Below, piece after piece: positions 22,826 to 32,582 of a DNA stretch of 64,000 nucleotides. Origin of the DNA: a virus; the IMG/VR virus record IMGVR_UViG_3300038301_000548, positions 1-64,000 of that record; one strand, given 5' to 3'. Position numbers and translations under genes: made by a program. The notes beneath the pieces were generated by a model. It was not told the origin of the DNA. It ran no database searches and was given only the letters and a program-made list of their open reading frames with translations. The number at the start of each line of letters is the position of its first letter. Position 1 is the first letter of the stretch.

Positions 22826-23419
22826 TCAAACATATGAGTTAATCTTTGCTAAAGATGCCAAATCAGAAAGACACTCCTGCGCGACGTCGCCTCGATTTCG
22901 AGAATTTGCATCTTCTAGAATAGATTTGAGCTTATAAAACGCCTTATCACAGTTCATGTAAAACTGAAATGCCTCCAAGGCCGATACAAAGCTTGAGCGG
23001 CCAATGGATTTCGAGCGTGATGAGAACTCAGAAACACCATATCCGGCGATCTCTAATCTAAAAATGACGTCAGTTGATGCGTCAGAGCCTAGGCTTCTTG
23101 AAGAGGCGCCAAAAATTGGCTTCACCACTAGATCAACTAACTTTAGGTGTCTCAAAGACTTAAACTCTTCCCCAAATGTTTGATGGCATTTTTCGAAGAC
23201 GGCGTCGACTAGACCATGGGCTTTAACCTCTTTGAATTGGTACAGCTTCTTTCTTGAAGACCCCAACCTTTCAAACGAAAAACATACGCTAGTCTGCTCT
23301 GTATCATAGGATTCTCTTGTTTTGATTTCTAGCGGATTTAACTTAATTATTTCTTTACCTAGGCGCTTTGACAACATACTCTTAACATCTTCTCGGCGGA
23401 AGTCTTTTGGGGCCTTCAC
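22826..23419 (-). CDS. Stand-alone LeuA/CimA-type allosteric (dimerisation) domain protein
   Basis: AHGLVDAVF ~ GxGPVDA; LKLVDLVV ~ LxDYxV; GSDASTDV ~ GxDAxA; SIGRSSFVSALEAF ~ DIxxASxxAxxxA. Confidence 0.6.
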   Translation of the reverse strand: MKAPKDFRREDVKSMLSKRLGKEIIKLNPLEIKTRESYDTEQTSVCFSFERLGSSRKKLYQFKEVKAHGLVDAVFEKCHQTFGEEFKSLRHLKLVDLVVKPIFGASSRSLGSDASTDVIFRLEIAGYGVSEFSSRSKSIGRSSFVSALEAFQFYMNCDKAFYKLKSILEDANSRNRGDVAQECLSDLASLAKINSYV

Positions 23420-25212
23420 TATTCTAACCTTTCTAGACCTGCTGAAACTTTGAATAAAGTTTTTACATTTGATAATCTCCGGACATCTCTCAGGATTCTA
23501 ACCTTCACGTCCTCAGGTGACCTGAATTGACCAGGGATGGAGGGAATAAACTTGATAGAGAGACCAGCTATGTATCTCCCGTCAGCAATCTTTTGATTTT
23601 TAATGACAACAGTTACAATTGTAACATTTGGAAGTGCGCGCAGATCTGCCAAGATATCATCGAGGCCGCGGGTTTTATTCTCTTCCAGTGTCAAGCTGTA
23701 AGTGAGCATACAGTAGAACTTGTAAATACCGCGCTGTCGGCTGCGGCCTTTTTCCTCGTTTAAACTCATCTCCACTTTATCATAAAAGGAGTTCTTTGTC
23801 AAGGGTTTCCTACTTTCCTGAACAGGCGAATGAGGTGACCTCTGAGGCCGGCTGTCTTGACGGTATCCCCTCTGGGTGAAGACCGAGTTAATCAACTGTA
23901 ACATATCATCATGATCTTTTTGAGCGGAAGAAAGCGTGAAAGCGCAAAACTCCCTGAACCCTTCTACATCGTTAGCTGTCATCAAGCCCTGTTTAAGCTG
24001 GAAAAAGACAGCAATATCGCCGTGGTCGTTTTCTATTCTTATTTCCTCAAAGCCAGCATATCCTGCTTGGTCCAGGCGGGCCCATATGGCGCCTGATAAT
24101 TCTCTTGATTCTTTAAAATCAATTGATTCTAATGAGCGTTCGGTATTCGAGAACAGGCTATCCCGGGTGTCAATGTCGATTTGCATTGTGGCCCCATAAC
24201 TGACATGGGCATCGCCACGATCAAGGAAGGGATGCTGTTCTATCTCAAACCATGGTGTTATGTGCTCCAAATCTTCGTCCGCCTCGTTCTGGATCAGCTC
24301 ACAAGCGCGCTGTGTGGCGACCAAGGTGTCCGGGGGTGGATTGTCTTCGACTGATTGTTTTGCTGAAGATGTAATATCATGATAGATTTGGCTGTTCAGA
24401 TTTTTTAAGAAGCCTTCATCTTTACCTTTATAATCGGGCATTCCGTCTAGATGCTCTCTTATAATATCCCATAGATCGTCGGGGTTCTGCGCCTTGTTTG
24501 GGGCATCGTGAAGCATAGTCAAATCGCCATCTTGGTCAAACTCTAAAGTGATCAGGTGGTTTGGGTGACCTTCTTGCAGCCCATAGAAGTAGGACATCAC
24601 AAAGACCTTGCCTTCCTCTTCAGTGTACTGCACAAAGTAGTTTCTTTTTTCTGGTTCTGATATGCACCAATCTGTAAGTCTTGGATTCTGTCCGTAATAG
24701 CAGCTAGCTTGTTCTGTCAGCGGGCGGATAGCAAAAACACCATGATCAGCGTAGATGACTTCTGAATTCTCTTCTGCTTGTTTTTTATCTGCTGTAGCCT
24801 TTTGTGCTTTTGCCGACGTCGTGACGCCTAGCTTATCTAGCTCTCTCTTGATTTCTTCATCATGGTATTTGTATATGTCTTTTTCTTCAAATTTGTGTTG
24901 GTTTTGATCGAAAAGCATAACATGGTCAAGTATGGCTTCGCACATCTCCAGGACGTCTGGATCACTCCTTATTTCGTCTGGGTCGGCGAACGATCCGATG
25001 ATCCGGTCAGCTTCCCTAGCGAACCACATAAGATATTTTGATACACCTTTCGGGCCCATCAGATGGTTAATCTGTCGTTGTCCCCAATTGATCCAGCCGG
25101 AGGCCTCCAAGACAGGATACTTGGCTTTTACATCTTTTAGCCTTGCCTCAAGAAGAAACCCGGGCCACCGGGATTCAATCAAGTACTCTTTCCACTGTTT
25201 ATTAAATTGCAT
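23419..25212 (-). CDS. Large hypothetical (possibly virion) protein
   Basis: 597 aa; N-terminal WKEYLIE, internal ASCYYG...WCIS. Confidence 0.75.
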   Translation of the reverse strand: MQFNKQWKEYLIESRWPGFLLEARLKDVKAKYPVLEASGWINWGQRQINHLMGPKGVSKYLMWFAREADRIIGSFADPDEIRSDPDVLEMCEAILDHVMLFDQNQHKFEEKDIYKYHDEEIKRELDKLGVTTSAKAQKATADKKQAEENSEVIYADHGVFAIRPLTEQASCYYGQNPRLTDWCISEPEKRNYFVQYTEEEGKVFVMSYFYGLQEGHPNHLITLEFDQDGDLTMLHDAPNKAQNPDDLWDIIREHLDGMPDYKGKDEGFLKNLNSQIYHDITSSAKQSVEDNPPPDTLVATQRACELIQNEADEDLEHITPWFEIEQHPFLDRGDAHVSYGATMQIDIDTRDSLFSNTERSLESIDFKESRELSGAIWARLDQAGYAGFEEIRIENDHGDIAVFFQLKQGLMTANDVEGFREFCAFTLSSAQKDHDDMLQLINSVFTQRGYRQDSRPQRSPHSPVQESRKPLTKNSFYDKVEMSLNEEKGRSRQRGIYKFYCMLTYSLTLEENKTRGLDDILADLRALPNVTIVTVVIKNQKIADGRYIAGLSIKFIPSIPGQFRSPEDVKVRILRDVRRLSNVKTLFKVSAGLERLE

Positions 25213-25256
25213 AAATGAAACACCTTTTTATACTAAATAGTTGCTAAGCAGTAGTG

Positions 25257-25595
25257 TTAATAAAAAATTTGTATTAGAATAATTAATATTGACAAGCCTA
25301 GGCAAATCATGGTTTTCGTAGTGAACATGGATTCTCCGAGCAAAAACCAAGTTAGCACAGGAAATACCACGAAACCAGTGCAAGAACCAATGAACCGAGC
25401 TGACCAAACTGAACCTGTTGCATCTGATACTATTTTCCATGCATACCAGAAAGCAACGCTAGTTGGTATACCGATCAAGATGGCTGACATTAGCGGCTTA
25501 TCTTCCCACCATTCTGACATTCTCTGTAGGTTCAATTGATACCAACCCAAGATCTGACCCAAAGTAAAGATTCCGATACCGACCCAGAGGCTCAT
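25257..25595 (-). CDS. Four-TM small membrane protein (DMT/SMR-like)
   Basis: Four hydrophobic segments; LGES motif. Confidence 0.65.
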   Translation of the reverse strand: MSLWVGIGIFTLGQILGWYQLNLQRMSEWWEDKPLMSAILIGIPTSVAFWYAWKIVSDATGSVWSARFIGSCTGFVVFPVLTWFLLGESMFTTKTMICLGLSILIILIQIFY

Positions 25596-25940
25596 TCAAT
25601 TCTCCAATAAGTTTGTGTTCTCAAGCTGGACTGCGGAGGCAGCGCGGATTGAGGTTGCAATGGTTGAGATCATCTTGATCTCTGGACCTTCTAGATACAA
25701 CTCTTCCACACAAGCTTCCTCTGCTTGGGCTAATAAGTCCTCAATATAAGATATGACTACCTCGCAAGAAATCTTCAACTCCATCAAGGTGAGCATAGAT
25801 GTCCTCCCCAAGATAAAATTAGATTTATAGTGATCCTGCAATAGTGAGTCTATCTTAATCAGGTAGGTTCCAATTGGCCGGTGGATGTTCTCTAGGATCG
25901 AGATATCTACTTTGTGTCTTTTTGGCGGGTCTTGAGACAT
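25596..25940 (-). CDS. Hypothetical protein
   Basis: Packed ORF. Confidence 0.6.
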   Translation of the reverse strand: MSQDPPKRHKVDISILENIHRPIGTYLIKIDSLLQDHYKSNFILGRTSMLTLMELKISCEVVISYIEDLLAQAEEACVEELYLEGPEIKMISTIATSIRAASAVQLENTNLLEN

Positions 25941-25943
25941 ATG

Positions 25944-26201
25944 TTATTGACTTTCTTTCTCGTATTCTAAGAGGTCTGAATAACCTCCTACCTTTTTAGT
26001 ATACCCTGTTTCTAGGTTATTTGCAAGTATAATTGGCACCGTCTTCTGCTCATAGAAAGTTTTCTTTTCTTCTAAGATATCTTCTCTGTCTTTGTAGTCC
26101 AAGAATGCAAACTGCAAATTTTTGGCCACACAAAAGTCAACTGCATGCATACAAAAAGGACAAGTAGATCTGCCGAAGATAATAAATCGGTCTTCAATCA
26201 T
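25944..26201 (-). CDS. Glutaredoxin
   Basis: CPFC active site, TVPII, GGYSDL. Confidence 0.9.
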   Translation of the reverse strand: MIEDRFIIFGRSTCPFCMHAVDFCVAKNLQFAFLDYKDREDILEEKKTFYEQKTVPIILANNLETGYTKKVGGYSDLLEYEKESQ

Positions 26202-26481
26202 TTAATATAGATCTCCCATTTCGGTGTTCGGTAGCTTCAGAGTAGATTGATTCAGCAGTACCAAAAGCAATAATGTCTTCAATCTTGTTTCCATGCGTAA
26301 CCTTCAATAGCGAGAATCTCTCTTTTGAAAACTTTGATTTTTCAGATAATAGAAAATGGTCGGCGCCTCGGTAGTCCGTTATCGATACAATATTATCACT
26401 GTTGATATATATGTTTTTTGGTACGATATTTCTCTTGTGGCCCTGGTTTTCTATTACTAATTGCCTTATTTTGAGTAGCAT
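26194..26481 (-). CDS. Hypothetical protein
   Basis: Packed ORF. Confidence 0.6.
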   Translation of the reverse strand: MLLKIRQLVIENQGHKRNIVPKNIYINSDNIVSITDYRGADHFLLSEKSKFSKERFSLLKVTHGNKIEDIIAFGTAESIYSEATEHRNGRSILND

Positions 26482-26496
26482 TTTTTTCCTTTTTTG

Positions 26497-26766
26497 TTAA
26501 TGTCCAAGTGACTTAAGCACAAAAGCACCAATGAGACCGATGACTGTGGTGAACAGTGTCCATATCATCCTGGAAGATGTCTGTTTCCAACTTTCTAGTT
26601 CCCTTAGTCTGGCATAAAGCCCATTATCAGGATTGTAGACTGCCTCTTTGATTTTTCCAATGTCTTCGGACATTTGTTCTTGTTTGTCTTGCATTACATC
26701 GATGCCTGTACATACTCTGTCTATTTTGTTTTGTATTTCTAAAAATTGTTCATTGTTTTCTGCCAT
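26497..26766 (-). CDS. Coiled-coil plus C-terminal TM protein (XhlA/holin-like)
   Basis: Heptad N-terminus, GLYARLRELE, C-terminal TM helix. Confidence 0.6.
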   Translation of the reverse strand: MAENNEQFLEIQNKIDRVCTGIDVMQDKQEQMSEDIGKIKEAVYNPDNGLYARLRELESWKQTSSRMIWTLFTTVIGLIGAFVLKSLGH

Positions 26767-26807
26767 AAGAAGACCCTCCTATGTGTCGACACTAATAAGT
26801 AGTGTCG

Positions 26808-28373
26808 TTAGTGAACAATGCTGTGATTAGTCAACAAAAGAGTGCCCGCGACTGAGACTGCATTCTTTAGTGCGCAGCGAGTCACTTTCGCAGGATCAAT
26901 AACACCGGAAGCAAACAGGTCTTCCTTCTCCCCTGACAGGAAGTTGAAACCTTCCAGGTCTTCACAGGTGCCCATCGTCAACCTTAACACCTCTGGGTTA
27001 TGGCCGGCATTCTTTGCCATCGTGTTGAAGGGGGCCTGGAGGGCTTTACGAAAGATGTCGAGCGCTATGGCTTGATCAGGATTTTCAAATTCAATATCCA
27101 GCGCTGTGGCGATCTTCAACAAAGTCATACCTCCGCCTAGAACTATTCCCTCCTGTTGGGCAGAATTGACTGCTTCGAGTGCGTCCTCTATTCGGTGCTT
27201 CTTCTCTATCATTTCGACCTCGGAGCTAGCTCCTACTTTTATGATGGCCACACCAGATGAGAGTCGAGTAATCCTGTCCTGAAGACGACCGGCGGCGTGG
27301 AGATCGTCTGTACACTCTATTTCTGATTTAATGGCCTCGATTCTGTTTTCTACATCTTCATATTCACCTTCGCCATCGACCACCGTTGATTGAGATTTTG
27401 TGATCTCTACTTGTCGAGCTTTGCCGAAATCCAAGAGAGTCACATCTGACAGATTCTTCCCCAGGGACTGCTGGATAAATGTTGCTCCGGTGGCGACAGC
27501 TAGATCGCTCATGATGCCGCGGCGGTCTTCGCCGTAAGAAGGTGCTTTGATAGCAGCGACCTTCATTGAGCCGCGGACGGTGTTCATTATTAGTGCAGCT
27601 AAAGCTTGGCCTTCGATCTCTTCTGCAATGATTATAAAAGGACGGCCTTCTCTGGCTGCGATTTCGAGTGCCGGTAGAATCTCTGCCACTTGATCAACCT
27701 TGTAGTCTGTAATTAAGAACAGTGGGTTCTCATATCTACATGTGCCGCGGCGTTCATCTGTGATGAATGCTCGAGCTGCGTATCCACCCTCCAAGGTAAA
27801 ACCTTCAACTAGTTCTAGTGTGGTTTCATGCGATCGCCCCTGCTCTACAGATATGGAACCATTCTTTCCTACCTTGTCTACAGCCTGTGAAACTAGGTTT
27901 CCGATTATCTTGTCGTTGTTTGCAGATATGCTGGCAATATGCTTAATGTCTTCTTCTGAAGATATTGGCCTGGCCAAGTCTTCGATACCTTCACATGCCG
28001 CGGCAGTGCACCTTTCGAGGCCGCGTTTAATATCTATGGGGGAGGCGCCAGCTTCGATGTGCTTATTGGCTTGGCGCAGGATCTCTCGGGCTAGAATGGT
28101 GCTTGTAGTTGTGCCATCGCCAGCTTCAGCATTAGTCATGGCAGAAACCTGCTTTACAACCTCCGCTCCAGCGTTCATATGTGGGTCTTCGAAACTCATA
28201 CTCTGAGCTACGGTTACTCCGTCCTTCGTAATGAAGGGTCTCTTATCTTTTTGGTGAATGAGAACATTCTGTCCCTTGGGTCCAAGGGTTGCTGCAACAT
28301 AATCGGCAAGGGTATTAACCCCATCCAGAACCTTGTTGCGAAGGGTCTGGCCGTGCTCTAACTTAGTAGTCAT
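26808..28373 (-). CDS. groEL: Chaperonin GroEL
   Basis: TLGPKG, TKDGVTVA, GDGTTT, GVIDPAKV; no GGM tail. Confidence 0.97.
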   Translation of the reverse strand: MTTKLEHGQTLRNKVLDGVNTLADYVAATLGPKGQNVLIHQKDKRPFITKDGVTVAQSMSFEDPHMNAGAEVVKQVSAMTNAEAGDGTTTSTILAREILRQANKHIEAGASPIDIKRGLERCTAAACEGIEDLARPISSEEDIKHIASISANNDKIIGNLVSQAVDKVGKNGSISVEQGRSHETTLELVEGFTLEGGYAARAFITDERRGTCRYENPLFLITDYKVDQVAEILPALEIAAREGRPFIIIAEEIEGQALAALIMNTVRGSMKVAAIKAPSYGEDRRGIMSDLAVATGATFIQQSLGKNLSDVTLLDFGKARQVEITKSQSTVVDGEGEYEDVENRIEAIKSEIECTDDLHAAGRLQDRITRLSSGVAIIKVGASSEVEMIEKKHRIEDALEAVNSAQQEGIVLGGGMTLLKIATALDIEFENPDQAIALDIFRKALQAPFNTMAKNAGHNPEVLRLTMGTCEDLEGFNFLSGEKEDLFASGVIDPAKVTRCALKNAVSVAGTLLLTNHSIVH

Positions 28374-28400
28374 GAAACCTCACTTTATTGTTATACTACT

Positions 28401-28428
28401 ATTATAATGTATTTTGGGAAAAAGTCAA
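28401..28428 (-). promoter_or_regulatory. sigma70-type promoter of groEL
   Basis: TTGACT-N16-TATAAT. Confidence 0.65.
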
Positions 28429-28441
28429 GGACTTTTTTGCT

Positions 28442-30304
28442 TTATTTATCTTTTGTTGATTGAAGCTCTTCTGTCTTTGAAATGACGTTTCCAGAAGCCT
28501 TGATCGCCTCTTCGGCCTGGGCATCTTTCGTCATGCCGCCGGCGATATAAGCATAAGTGTTGTCTTGTATTGCTTTTACGTTCACAAAGATATCAAATAA
28601 AGACTCGTTAAGGAGCCCCGTAACCCTGTTCAGCACCGTCTGCGTATTCTTTCTGCCGACATTAATTGCGCCAAAGAAAGCTTTATCTTGGTTAGGCCCA
28701 AGGACACGGCTTTTGCTGTAAGTATGAACCTCTGCTACCATAGCCTGGGTTAGGCCAAATTGCTCTGTTGAGAGAAAGCCGCGAGTCTGTACCAAGGCTG
28801 CCTGCTTTTGTTCTCTGTTCATAGCGTTGTATAGTTCTGCTGATCTCTCTGGTGTTTCCCAATTACTCTTTAGATTAAGCCTTCTCATTCTTTCCTTCTT
28901 TTCTGATGATACAGAAAATTGTTTTACAATCGCTAGCTTTTTGAGATTTGCGGAAGGGTGGTCGCCGTTATTGGCTTGTCTAGCTGCCCTGCCTATCTTT
29001 TCGGCGAAAGCCTTGTTATCAGTGTCGTATCTTGGTGTTTCGCTAGCATCGTTAATTTGGGCAAGAGTACCCTGAACTATGTCTCGCATTGCCTGCTTCA
29101 GGGAGGCATCGTTAGCCGGCATCGCAGAAGTACCTCTCTTTACATATGGTTCGCGCTGTTCGTAGTCAGGCGATGCTTTTTCTTCATCCGTTAATGCTGC
29201 ATCTGGGTCAAATTTTTTAAAGAACTTGTCACTTAGTTGAGTTGCCCAGCTCAAATTCTTAAGAAACAAGTCTGCGAACTGGTCATCAAGCCGAAGATCT
29301 TCAGCGAGCCCCTTGTTCAACTCAGCTAGGTGTTTCTTAAAAGCGAATGCGTATTTGTTCTCCAACTCTTCTGTAGAAGGGTCTGCGATGCCTGGTAAGT
29401 TGTCTATAAACTCTTGTCCACCTTTTGGCAACTGAATACATAACCTGGAGTGCTTTGAAGATTTAGAAAGTATATCGAAAATGTTATCTAAAGTAAAGTC
29501 AAACCTATACCACTTCAAGAAACCATTGACAGTCTGACCTTCTTTTTCTTTACCTTCGAACCGCTTTGTTACGGCAACATAACGCATAAGATCAGCATCA
29601 AATTGAGGGTTGATTATGTCTCCAACAAGATCTCTAAAAGAGCCTCCAACATGCAGGTTTCCGTCTTGATACAACTTCAAACTTACAGGCATGGCGGTAC
29701 CGTCACTTCTGGAAAGAAAGTCTGCAATAGTCCCAGTATTGGCTGGTATTTGCTCGCCCTTCATTAGAACGGCCAGAAACGCTTCGAAACTAAAACCTGC
29801 AGAGGCAGCGTTAAAGTTCGCTATGACCTTCGTTAAGGTCTTGTAGAAGACCAAGTAAGATAAGGCGGTTTGGATTTGTTTGGCTGTCGAGGTGTTTCCT
29901 TCGGGTCCGAATATCTCTTGCATTGCAGCATCAGGATTGTCATAGAAATTAGAAAGTGACCTAATCTTTTCTACAAAGTCCCCACCTTGGATGTTTTCCA
30001 AGAACTGCAACAGCTTTTGTCGCTCAGGGCCGTTAACTGGATTATCGCCGCCTGCACCTGTGACATCAGTCCATCCTAGTTCTGTAACTGCTATCTCAGG
30101 AATAGCATCCAAAGTTAGGGTCATAGACTTCTTTTCGTTGAGGAACTGCTCCTTAAGCAAAGAGATTGGGTCTTTTATAGATTTAAACAGCTTGTCTTTC
30201 TCTACCTCATATACCTCTGCGATAAGAGTGTACAGGTCGTCGATGGTTGATACAGACGGGGCCCTATTCCTGTTTGTTGAAAGTAATTCTTTATGCCAGC
30301 TCAT
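28442..30304 (-). CDS. Large hypothetical (possibly virion) protein
   Basis: 620-aa ORF; contains AGFSFEAFLA...IAD, a possible degenerate nuclease-like fold. Confidence 0.7.
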   Translation of the reverse strand: MSWHKELLSTNRNRAPSVSTIDDLYTLIAEVYEVEKDKLFKSIKDPISLLKEQFLNEKKSMTLTLDAIPEIAVTELGWTDVTGAGGDNPVNGPERQKLLQFLENIQGGDFVEKIRSLSNFYDNPDAAMQEIFGPEGNTSTAKQIQTALSYLVFYKTLTKVIANFNAASAGFSFEAFLAVLMKGEQIPANTGTIADFLSRSDGTAMPVSLKLYQDGNLHVGGSFRDLVGDIINPQFDADLMRYVAVTKRFEGKEKEGQTVNGFLKWYRFDFTLDNIFDILSKSSKHSRLCIQLPKGGQEFIDNLPGIADPSTEELENKYAFAFKKHLAELNKGLAEDLRLDDQFADLFLKNLSWATQLSDKFFKKFDPDAALTDEEKASPDYEQREPYVKRGTSAMPANDASLKQAMRDIVQGTLAQINDASETPRYDTDNKAFAEKIGRAARQANNGDHPSANLKKLAIVKQFSVSSEKKERMRRLNLKSNWETPERSAELYNAMNREQKQAALVQTRGFLSTEQFGLTQAMVAEVHTYSKSRVLGPNQDKAFFGAINVGRKNTQTVLNRVTGLLNESLFDIFVNVKAIQDNTYAYIAGGMTKDAQAEEAIKASGNVISKTEELQSTKDK

Positions 30305-30324
30305 TATATATCTCCTTTATATAA

Positions 30325-31029
30325 CTAGATAATTTCATCTGCAATTCCCAAGTTAATTGCCTCTTCAGCTGAGATGTAGATATCTCTCTGTGTTTTGAGC
30401 ATTTTCTTGATTTTTGCTTTTGTTAGTTTTGTATAACCAGCTAGAGCTTCAATGTATCTATCTTGAACCCATTTAATCTCTTCCAGTTCATTCTCCATGT
30501 TAAATATCGTGCCACCAGTTCCTGCCATCACACTGTGCAACATGATGCGGCAATTCCGGCCGACGCGGCGTCGACCCGGGGTGCCAGCGGCGAGAATGGG
30601 GACGCCGGCTGACATCACTTTGCCAATCCCGTAGGTCTCTATGTTACATGTTCTCTTCTTGATCATATCCATGACATCCAATATTGAGAACATATCAGAA
30701 GCGCAACCGCCATGGGTCGATACGTACATATTTATTGGCCTTGAGACCGTTAAAATCTCCGAGGCTGGGTCTTCAGGGTCTTTGAGCATCTGGGTGTATG
30801 CTGAGGTTTCCAGATAAAGAAGTGCTGATACGACTTCTGACCCTTTCTGTTCTGTGACATCGCCATATAAATTAATTGTTCTTAATTCCGGCTGCTCATC
30901 AATGGGTGGCTGGATGTTATTAATAATAACAACTTGCTTGTCGTCTGTTGTTTTTATTTCCGGTAATGGTATTGTTCCGGTTTTCTTTTTCTTCTTTTTC
31001 TTCTCGGTCTTTTCTTTCTTGTCAGTCAT
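30325..31029 (-). CDS. clpP: ClpP-family protease
   Basis: INLYG, GKVMSAG (Ser), IMLH (His), RDIYISAEEAINLGIADEI. Confidence 0.92.
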   Translation of the reverse strand: MTDKKEKTEKKKKKKKTGTIPLPEIKTTDDKQVVIINNIQPPIDEQPELRTINLYGDVTEQKGSEVVSALLYLETSAYTQMLKDPEDPASEILTVSRPINMYVSTHGGCASDMFSILDVMDMIKKRTCNIETYGIGKVMSAGVPILAAGTPGRRRVGRNCRIMLHSVMAGTGGTIFNMENELEEIKWVQDRYIEALAGYTKLTKAKIKKMLKTQRDIYISAEEAINLGIADEII

Positions 31030-31286
31030 ACTGCCTCTTTTAAAAAAATTATTTGTTGTCTTTTCAAGTCTCTGATCATTTTCATAAAGTCGCTTCGAGT
31101 GGCGAACTTTTTCCTAAGAATTACTATCTCTTCTTCTCTTGACGGGTCAAAACCATTAGCGATGCTTGACCAATTGTGAAACGTATTTAACAGCTCAGAC
31201 TTGTTCTCAGGTCGAAACGAAATCTGAATATTATATTCGTTTTCTTCTATTTTCCAGTAAGTTCCTTCCATTGTAATATTGTTCAT
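31026..31286 (-). CDS. Hypothetical protein
   Basis: ATGA overlap with clpP. Confidence 0.55.
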   Translation of the reverse strand: MNNITMEGTYWKIEENEYNIQISFRPENKSELLNTFHNWSSIANGFDPSREEEIVILRKKFATRSDFMKMIRDLKRQQIIFLKEAV

Positions 31287-31354
31287 AACAAATACCTCTA
31301 ATCGTGATTAGCATTCGTTATAACTATTATATCAGATCTCTTTTGGAATGTCCA

Positions 31355-31392
31355 TAAAAAAAACCCCAAAGTTTTTAATGCTTTGGGGTTTT
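31355..31392 (-). terminator. Rho-independent terminator
   Basis: AAAACCCCAAAG/CTTTGGGGTTTT stem followed by a poly-U run on the minus strand. Confidence 0.85.
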
Positions 31393-31423
31393 GGAAACCT
31401 AAATGAGTGGTAAAGGTCGCCTC

Positions 31424-31993
31424 TTACTTTCTGCCCATCTTCTCACGTATGATTCGTTGGGTTACTCTCTTGAGGACTTCTTGGACAATCTCCTCTTGCA
31501 TAACAGGTTCTTCCTCTTCCTCTTCTGCGCTCATCATGTCCGCCTCAGGTGCAGGCTCTTCGACAGGCTCTTCGTCCATCTCGGGATCCAAGTCCATCTC
31601 TTCTCCAGCGCCTTCGTCGCCCATTGCATCCCGGAGGCGGTCACCTAAGTCGATGAGAAGCTGTGCTTCCTCTTCAGAGAGGCTGACATCAGATTCCATT
31701 CCTAGTTCTGCGTCCATCTCGGGCTCTGCGTCCATCTCGGGCCCTGGGTCTATCTCAGGATCTTCATCTTCGACCTCACCCATGTCGACGTCCATTTCCA
31801 TTTCTTCTTCGTCTTCTTGTTCAGTGACGACTTCTTCATCAGAAGTAGTTGTCTCCTCAATTTCGTCATCATCTCGTTTTGGGTCCATACCATAGCCCAT
31901 CTCTTGGATGAAGTTATCAGTTAGGGGTTCTACGGCTGCCAGTTTCATGAACCTGCGGACCGTATTTTCGTTAAGTAGCTTCTTATCACTCAT
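31424..31993 (-). CDS. Highly acidic protein (scaffold/internal-head-like)
   Basis: LLNENTVRRFMKLA N-terminus, E/D/M/P-rich core, EEIVQEVLKRV C-terminus. Confidence 0.75.
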   Translation of the reverse strand: MSDKKLLNENTVRRFMKLAAVEPLTDNFIQEMGYGMDPKRDDDEIEETTTSDEEVVTEQEDEEEMEMDVDMGEVEDEDPEIDPGPEMDAEPEMDAELGMESDVSLSEEEAQLLIDLGDRLRDAMGDEGAGEEMDLDPEMDEEPVEEPAPEADMMSAEEEEEEPVMQEEIVQEVLKRVTQRIIREKMGRK

Positions 31994-32064
31994 TTAAAAA
32001 ATCTCCTTTTGTATACAAAAATGGTGTAAAATACAATAATAAATAGTGTTAATCAATTATAAAA

Positions 32065-32268
32065 TCATTTTTTTATTCTCTTCGAGAGCTTCTTGAGCGC
32101 CTGCTTTTCTATTTGTGAAACCCTCACCAAAGAGACTCCAATTCTTTTCGAAATTTCATCTAGTGTCATGGCGCCATGTTTTTCAATTGAAACATACATG
32201 CAGTTATCGTCTTCTGGGTAGTCTATCCAGCATCTGCAGTTTTCTTCTGAACAGTTTTCTTTCCTCAT
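32065..32268 (-). CDS. Sigma70 region-4-like HTH protein
   Basis: MTLDEISKRIGVSLVRVSQIEKQALKKL. Confidence 0.8.
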   Translation of the reverse strand: MRKENCSEENCRCWIDYPEDDNCMYVSIEKHGAMTLDEISKRIGVSLVRVSQIEKQALKKLSKRIKK

Positions 32269-32582
32269 TCCTGTTCCTCAAAATCTTCTTCGATCAAATC
32301 ATAAATAAAATTTTTCTCTGAATTTGAAAGGCCTAAATCTTTCATTAATCGATCTCCTTTCTCTATCTCTTTTTTTGAATTTTGTCTCTTTTTCTTTCCC
32401 ATAGTACTTTTCTCCAGTTTTATTTTTTCTATTGCTCGCATCATATCTAAGTCATTCTCAACGTATAACTTAACCAGGCCTCGAAAGAAGTTTCCTTGAG
32501 TTAGCCTATCATATCTTAGTCTGACAATCATCCTGGCGTGCTGTGCAGTATCATATTCGAATGCAATCTTCTTTATGGTCAT
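32265..32582 (-). CDS. Hypothetical protein
   Basis: ATGA overlaps on both sides. Confidence 0.6.
   Translation of the reverse strand: MTIKKIAFEYDTAQHARMIVRLRYDRLTQGNFFRGLVKLYVENDLDMMRAIEKIKLEKSTMGKKKRQNSKKEIEKGDRLMKDLGLSNSEKNFIYDLIEEDFEEQE

Noticed and set aside
31707-31742. 18-bp tandem duplication
   Set aside because: It encodes PEMDAE twice in a low-complexity acidic protein; ordinary slippage.
31407-31895. Plus-strand ORFs in the track (e.g. 31407-31895, 10956-11330, 27742-28206, 54398-54862, 63263-63718)
   Set aside because: They are antisense shadows of strong minus-strand genes, with low-complexity Ser-rich translations and no SD or promoter support.
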